This document shows positions 58,935 through 64,000 of a stretch of 64,000 nucleotides of DNA, piece by piece. A model generated the notes under the pieces. That model saw nothing but the letters and a program-made list of their open reading frames with translations. It was not told where the DNA came from and did no database searches. Source of the stretch: Spirochaetales bacterium (GTDB lineage Bacteria > Spirochaetota > JAAYUW01); assembly GCA_012797605.1 (NCBI GenBank), contig JAAZOT010000053.1, forward strand, positions 280 through 64,279, in the 5' to 3' direction. A program made the position numbers and the translations under genes. Every line of letters starts with the position of its first letter. Position 1 is the stretch's first letter.

Positions 58935-59600
58935 ATGAATTTTAAGAGTGCTTTTTATAATTGTTTAAATCAAAAATATGAAAAAAGATTTGTAAAAATT
59001 TTAACCTTAAAATTATTGGAAAACAACATTGAACAAGCCTACCAAATAATTGAAGAGATAAATCAAAAAGCTCCACTAATCTTTGAATCATATATTAAAA
59101 ACAATAAAACTTCTGATAAAATTGCTATTATGCATATAAGATTAGCCTGTTTTTTCCTTTCAGTTTATAGCTCCCTTAGAATTTGTTATAAAGAAAAGGA
59201 AAACTTATTAAAACTGCTAGAGGATATTTCTTCTCAAATTTTTTATAATGAAATAAAATTTTTACTAAAAATTTCTTTTTTATTCTCAAAAAACAAATTA
59301 ATAGCAATATGGAATTATTTCATTCTTTTGCAAACATCAATAATAAAATTATTTTTTTCAGATTATATAATATTAGAAAAAGATTATCAAGATCAAAAGA
59401 TTCATATCATTATCAAACCAGATATCTATGTTACTTTTTTTGAAAAACATAAATCTGAGTCTTTGACATTAAGTTTTTTATCCTATTTTGATGCGTTAAT
59501 AAAAGTAATTGAAAAGAACTATACTCAACTTTTAATAGAAAAAAAGAAAGATTTAAATAATTTTACTATTTCTTACCTTATTTATTATGGAAACAAATAA
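58935..59600 (+). CDS. Hypothetical protein
   Basis: 221-aa ORF after GGGAG; no recognised motif. Confidence 0.65.
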   Translation: MNFKSAFYNCLNQKYEKRFVKILTLKLLENNIEQAYQIIEEINQKAPLIFESYIKNNKTSDKIAIMHIRLACFFLSVYSSLRICYKEKENLLKLLEDISSQIFYNEIKFLLKISFLFSKNKLIAIWNYFILLQTSIIKLFFSDYIILEKDYQDQKIHIIIKPDIYVTFFEKHKSESLTLSFLSYFDALIKVIEKNYTQLLIEKKKDLNNFTISYLIYYGNK

Positions 59601-59639
59601 ATATTTATTATAGAAACAAATAAAATTCTGGAAGAAAAT

Positions 59640-60593
59640 ATGAGTAATAAAAAGATTTTGATTCTATATAAAGATAAGAGTGATGATATTCTTAATTCTC
59701 CATTTTTTGCTTATCCTAAAGAAAATATGGATCTTAATGATTTTATTGAAAGAAAATCCTTTTCTTTTATAGATAGAACTTTGGCTGAGCAGGATTCAAG
59801 TAAAAAACAGATCATCCCCTATATTATTATTCAGGATAAAAACGGTAGATTTTTTACATATAAAAGAAAAGGAAATGAAAAAAGATTACATGGATTTTTC
59901 TCAATAGGGGCTGGCGGTCATATAGATCTTGAAGATTTAAAAATAAAAAAAGATAAAGAATTTCTCAAATTTGAAAATATGAATATCTCAAATTTGGATG
60001 AAAAGAGATTCAAACTTAGTATAAATGATTTTTATGAAATTATTAAGATTACATTGATAAGAGAAATATATGAAGAAACTGGGATTATTATAGATAAAAA
60101 TGGATTTGAAGAAAGATGTGAATTTTTAGGTATTATCAATGAGGATATCTCAGATGTTGGTAAGGTTCATTTGGGATTTGTATATTTATATAAACTATTT
60201 GATGATAAAAAACTAAGTCCTGTTGAAGAAGAAATAGAGTTTTTTGAGTTCAATGATATTGAAAAACTTTACAATATATGGGAATCTCTTGAAAGATGGT
60301 CTATTCTTGCCCTTTCTCTTTTGAATATTAATAAAACTTTAATATATATTTCGAATAAGAATCTTACTACTGAAAAAAAAATCAAATTTTTCGATATCTT
60401 TGGCTTTTCTGAGTTTATTGAATATATATACAATAAAAATGATGAAGATAATTTTAAAGTCTTTTTAAGTTTCATTCATTCGACTGAAAAAGGGAAGATG
60501 ATTTACTATTTCCTTGAAAATGAAGGTGAATACATAAATTATAAGACTTTATTGGATGAAAATGGCTTTATCCAAATTAAAGATAAAATATAA
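59640..60593 (+). CDS. NUDIX-family phosphoesterase (COG4112-like) with C-terminal extension
   Basis: AEQDSSKKQIIPY, EKRLHGFFSIGAGGHI, REIYEETG and DVGKVHLG. Confidence 0.82.
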   Translation: MSNKKILILYKDKSDDILNSPFFAYPKENMDLNDFIERKSFSFIDRTLAEQDSSKKQIIPYIIIQDKNGRFFTYKRKGNEKRLHGFFSIGAGGHIDLEDLKIKKDKEFLKFENMNISNLDEKRFKLSINDFYEIIKITLIREIYEETGIIIDKNGFEERCEFLGIINEDISDVGKVHLGFVYLYKLFDDKKLSPVEEEIEFFEFNDIEKLYNIWESLERWSILALSLLNINKTLIYISNKNLTTEKKIKFFDIFGFSEFIEYIYNKNDEDNFKVFLSFIHSTEKGKMIYYFLENEGEYINYKTLLDENGFIQIKDKI

Positions 60594-60614
60594 AGATAAT
60601 ATAAAGGAACTTTA

Positions 60615-61505
60615 ATGTCAAGAATACAGACTAAATTTGAAGCTAAATACTTAATAATGACAGTATTTGCTCCTATTCTATGGAGCCTTGGTGGTCTTGG
60701 TGTGAGAGCTGTCTCTGTAAACTCTTGGACTATAATATTTACAAGATCAATTTCAATGAGTATAACTATTTCTATTTTATGTCTTTTTTTGTATAAAAAA
60801 AATTTCTTAATAGAATTTAAAAATCTTGGGTTTTCTGGCTTTATTATATCAATTTTTCTTGGTGCTACTACCTTTTTTTATATTCTTTCATTATCTAAAA
60901 CAACAGTTGCAAATGCCTTACTGGTACAGGGAACTGCACCGATATGGGCTGCAATATTTGCTACAATAATCTTAAAAGAAAAATTTAAAATTCCTATCTG
61001 GATAACAATATTCTGTGCATTTATAGGGATGTTGATAATAGTATTTAATAAAGATTTGAAAATTCATCTTTTAGGTGATTTTTATGCCTTATTGACTGCC
61101 TTTGGCCTTGCCTTTCAAATTCTTCTTGTAAGGAATAACCCTCATATAAATTTAATACCAGCCACTGTTATTGGTGGTTTGATAGCAGCTTTTTTTTCAC
61201 TATTTTTCAAACCATCTTTTAACTCAAGTTGTCATGATATCCTTATTTTAGTAGGATTAGGAGCATTTCAAATTGGACTAGGGTATATTCTTTTTTATAG
61301 AGGGAGTAGGTATCTTCCAACATCATTAACTGGTTTAATTACACTACTTGAAACCATTTTAGGACCTATCTGGGTATATTTGGTTTTCAAGGAAAAATTA
61401 AATCCAAATTCATTAATTGGAGGAAGTATCATACTTTTAAGCTTAGCTATAAATACTATTCTTACGGCAAAATACGAAAAGGAAAAGAGAGTTACTATAA
61501 AATAA
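60615..61505 (+). CDS. DMT/EamA-family transporter
   Basis: Ten TM helices in two repeats; APIWAAIFATIILKEK and LETILGPIWVYLVFKE. Confidence 0.9.
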   Translation: MSRIQTKFEAKYLIMTVFAPILWSLGGLGVRAVSVNSWTIIFTRSISMSITISILCLFLYKKNFLIEFKNLGFSGFIISIFLGATTFFYILSLSKTTVANALLVQGTAPIWAAIFATIILKEKFKIPIWITIFCAFIGMLIIVFNKDLKIHLLGDFYALLTAFGLAFQILLVRNNPHINLIPATVIGGLIAAFFSLFFKPSFNSSCHDILILVGLGAFQIGLGYILFYRGSRYLPTSLTGLITLLETILGPIWVYLVFKEKLNPNSLIGGSIILLSLAINTILTAKYEKEKRVTIK

Positions 61506-63114
61506 AATCCGTATTCAAAAAGTTTGAAAGCCTTTCATCTAATATTCTATCCACAATCTCTTTGTTCTCATCTGTACCTTTAAATGCTACAAGTGAACGA
61601 ATACTAAAAACTCTTAAGGCATCACTAATAGATAAAGTTCCTTCAGCTGAATCTTTTCTTCCAGTAAAAGGGAAGATGTCTGGTCCTCTTTGGCATTGAC
61701 TGTTAATATTTACTCTGCATACCTGATTAACTAGAGGATCTATAAGTTTAGAAATCTTTTTGGGATCATTACTAAAAATGCTTGCTTGTTGACCGTATTG
61801 AGATTTTATAATATATGAAAGAGGGGATTCAATTGAATCAAATATAACTACCGGAATAATAGGACCAAATTGTTCTATACTATATATATCCATATTTTCC
61901 CTTACATCCCATAACACAATGGGTTTTACAAGCTGAGATTTAATATCATTTTCATTCTCTGGAAGATATTCTTTTAAATCCTTAAGTTCAACTGGTAATC
62001 CATCTATAAATGCTTCAGCACCTTTTTTCAATGCATCTTCTGTAAGTTTATAAAGTTGATTAGGTTTTGTTTTTTCTGCGACTGGAGTAATGAAAGAATC
62101 TTCCCATGGAAGACCAATCTTTAAATTTTTTATCTTTTCAAGTAATACCCTTTGGAAATCCTTCGCTATTTTCTTTTCTACAAATATAATTTTTAGTGCA
62201 GTACATCTTTGACCATTGAAAGAAAGAGACCCAGAAATCACTTCTGAAACCGTTAAATTCAAATCTGCATCATTTAATATGATAGCTGGATTTTTTGCAT
62301 CAAGACCTAGCACACACCTTAATCTATGAGGGGCTGGATGTTGTTTTCTAATAATATCAGCGACTTTTGAAGTTCCTATGAAGGCTAGAACATCTACTCT
62401 TCCACTTGAAATTATAGGAGATACTATTGTAGCACCATCTCCATAGATAAAGTTTACGACACCAGGCGGGAAAGACTGTTCAAAAATAGGCAAAAGATAC
62501 TTGAAGAACAAAACTCCAAGCTTTGGAGGTTTAACTATTACTGTATTTCCCATTATTAGAGCTGGTATTAAAGTTGTAAATGTTTCATTTAATGGATAGT
62601 TGAAAGGTCCCATGCATAGAACTATTCCTAAAGGTGACCTACGAATTTGGGCATAAACATTGTCTGCTATAACAAGTCTTGAGGAAGTCCTATCAAGGTC
62701 TTTCAATGCAAAAATCGTGTCCTCGATGTAAGCGATGGTCCTTGTAAATTCTTTCGCAGAATCTGTCTTTGATTTGCCTATCTCTAACATCAGTAAAGTA
62801 ACAATCTCTTTTTCGGATTTTTTCATCATTGTGAGAAATTTTTCAACGGATTTTATCCTATCTTCAACCTTCATAGTAGGCCATATACCATTTCCATTAT
62901 CAAATGCTTTTGCAGCTGCATCTAGTGCTAATAGAGCTTCTTGCCCTGACATTTTAGGATGAGAGCCAAGATATATGGGTTTATCACCTTCATATATTGG
63001 AGAATAAATATCTACTTTATCTTCATTAAATTTTACGAGATTTCCATTAATCAAACTTTCCTTTTGTTCAATAGGAAGCTTAAATGGAATGATTTCTTCA
63101 ATTTCATTCAACAT
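61495..63114 (-). CDS. gapN: Aldehyde dehydrogenase family protein, GapN-like (NADP-dependent G3P dehydrogenase type)
   Basis: GPFNYPLNE, KPP, FIGTS, LGLDAKNP, catalytic FNGQRCTA, EQFGP, FPFTGRKDS and EGTLS. Confidence 0.8.
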   Translation of the reverse strand: MLNEIEEIIPFKLPIEQKESLINGNLVKFNEDKVDIYSPIYEGDKPIYLGSHPKMSGQEALLALDAAAKAFDNGNGIWPTMKVEDRIKSVEKFLTMMKKSEKEIVTLLMLEIGKSKTDSAKEFTRTIAYIEDTIFALKDLDRTSSRLVIADNVYAQIRRSPLGIVLCMGPFNYPLNETFTTLIPALIMGNTVIVKPPKLGVLFFKYLLPIFEQSFPPGVVNFIYGDGATIVSPIISSGRVDVLAFIGTSKVADIIRKQHPAPHRLRCVLGLDAKNPAIILNDADLNLTVSEVISGSLSFNGQRCTALKIIFVEKKIAKDFQRVLLEKIKNLKIGLPWEDSFITPVAEKTKPNQLYKLTEDALKKGAEAFIDGLPVELKDLKEYLPENENDIKSQLVKPIVLWDVRENMDIYSIEQFGPIIPVVIFDSIESPLSYIIKSQYGQQASIFSNDPKKISKLIDPLVNQVCRVNINSQCQRGPDIFPFTGRKDSAEGTLSISDALRVFSIRSLVAFKGTDENKEIVDRILDERLSNFLNTDFIL

Positions 63115-63278
63115 AATTTTCTCTTTAAATTTTTTTTTTTCTACTTTTTTACTTTTAATTTTTTTTTAATTTTGTTATTTTTATTTCTCTGTTTTATTTT
63201 TATGTCTAAACTTTTTATTAACAGCAATTTTATTCTTATTTTTTTCGCTTTTTATTTATCTTTGCTTTTTATTTTTAC

Positions 63279-64000
63279 TTACCTATTACTCTCATTTTTT
63301 TGCTTTTTACTTCTAATTTTCACTTTCTTAAATATAAAGAATGCCAAAATAACAATTATTAAAAAAGGCCATAAGGAAATTATAAAAAGAAATGTGGATA
63401 CAAGATAATTAAAACCAATAGATATTGACCTTACAAACCTTGTTAGAAAATTTTCTCTATCTATCTTTATCTTTTGTATATAAGCGTTTACCGTTATTGT
63501 GCTATATTGAATAGAATTATTATAATATCTTAAGTTTGCTTCATATGATTCTATTTCTTCCCTTATTTGTCTTAAAGCTTGTTCTATTTCAATAATATCT
63601 TTAACAGAATTAGTCTTTTGCAAAAGTGCTAGATATCTTTTTTCTGCTTCTTTTTTAGAATTTAACCGTGCATTAAGATCTATATACTGCTGTGAGATAT
63701 CTTCAATCTGAACTCTTTCATTTTCAATAGAGATAAAAAGCTTTTTAAGTGAACTTAAATCTTTGTAAAAATTGGCTTTAGGAACTTTGAAAGTGATAAA
63801 TATTTCATCATCATTGTATTTTTCTATCGAAGAAATATAACCACCAGTTGATCTAACTAATTCCAATATTTTTTCCTCGAAATCGTCTAAATAAGACACT
63901 TTCCCCCTAATATTTGCTGTATAGATAAGGTAATCTTGGACATTTGTACTTGTTTGAATATTGTTTTGAAGGTCACTTTGGCTTTCACTTTCATTTGTAA
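63279..64000 (-). CDS. DUF4349-domain protein (5' end outside the window)
   Basis: Hand translation shows the frame open to the window edge (...QDYLIYTANIRGKVSYLDD...). EDISQQYIDLNARL, EIESYEANLRYY...YSTITV and a C-terminal TM helix. Confidence 0.85.
   Translation of the reverse strand, partial: TNESESQSDLQNNIQTSTNVQDYLIYTANIRGKVSYLDDFEEKILELVRSTGGYISSIEKYNDDEIFITFKVPKANFYKDLSSLKKLFISIENERVQIEDISQQYIDLNARLNSKKEAEKRYLALLQKTNSVKDIIEIEQALRQIREEIESYEANLRYYNNSIQYSTITVNAYIQKIKIDRENFLTRFVRSISIGFNYLVSTFLFIISLWPFLIIVILAFFIFKKVKIRSKKQKNESNR

Noticed and set aside
28353-61505. Short 3' overlaps of convergent genes (28353-28375, 51073-51085, 61495-61505)
   Set aside because: Common in compact AT-rich genomes; no evidence of a special function.
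62959-63408. 149-aa + strand hydrophobic ORF
   Set aside because: It overlaps gapN and the DUF4349 gene antisense, and its Phe/Leu richness comes from the T-rich spacer.
1-64000. tRNA, rRNA, IS/transposase, integrase, prophage or cas genes
   Set aside because: No GC-rich cloverleaf or rRNA-like segments, and no DDE, tyrosine-recombinase, phage-structural or Cas motifs in any ORF.

Overview
A 64-kb stretch of a very AT-rich bacterial chromosome (about 25-30% GC by eye). The gene order infC-rpmI-rplT-zapB-like-zapA, a BMP/PnrA-type binding protein, PEGA/HEAT envelope proteins and a heptose epimerase suggest a diderm Spirochaetota-like organism; this is inference, not a database result. The window is mostly housekeeping and metabolic: a clpS-clpA-aat-lon proteolysis cluster, tdh-kbl, fhs, purE, add, deoC, mnmA, an RluA synthase, hflX, tldD/pmbA, a gapN-like ALDH, a two-component pair and a REC-GGDEF-REC protein. 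Exported proteins of unknown function are interspersed. I found no rRNA, tRNA, IS, integrase, phage or cas genes. The best leads are: (1) an operon encoding a 1746-aa exported HEAT/alpha-solenoid protein, a PEGA-TM-TM-TPR protein and a radical SAM enzyme; (2) an ABC-2 pair whose only ATPase is degenerate at essentially every catalytic motif; (3) a sensor kinase with an intact H-box but an apparently dead ATP-binding domain; (4) two CRISPR-like repeats around a 36-nt spacer at 15405-15497; (5) a secreted protein built from three ~140-aa repeats of an unrecognised module; (6) several short intergenic tandem repeats and T-rich tracts. Two genes are cut by the window edges: a secreted serpin and a DUF4349 protein. 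Several starts were moved from the ORF track where a Shine-Dalgarno sequence supports a different codon.
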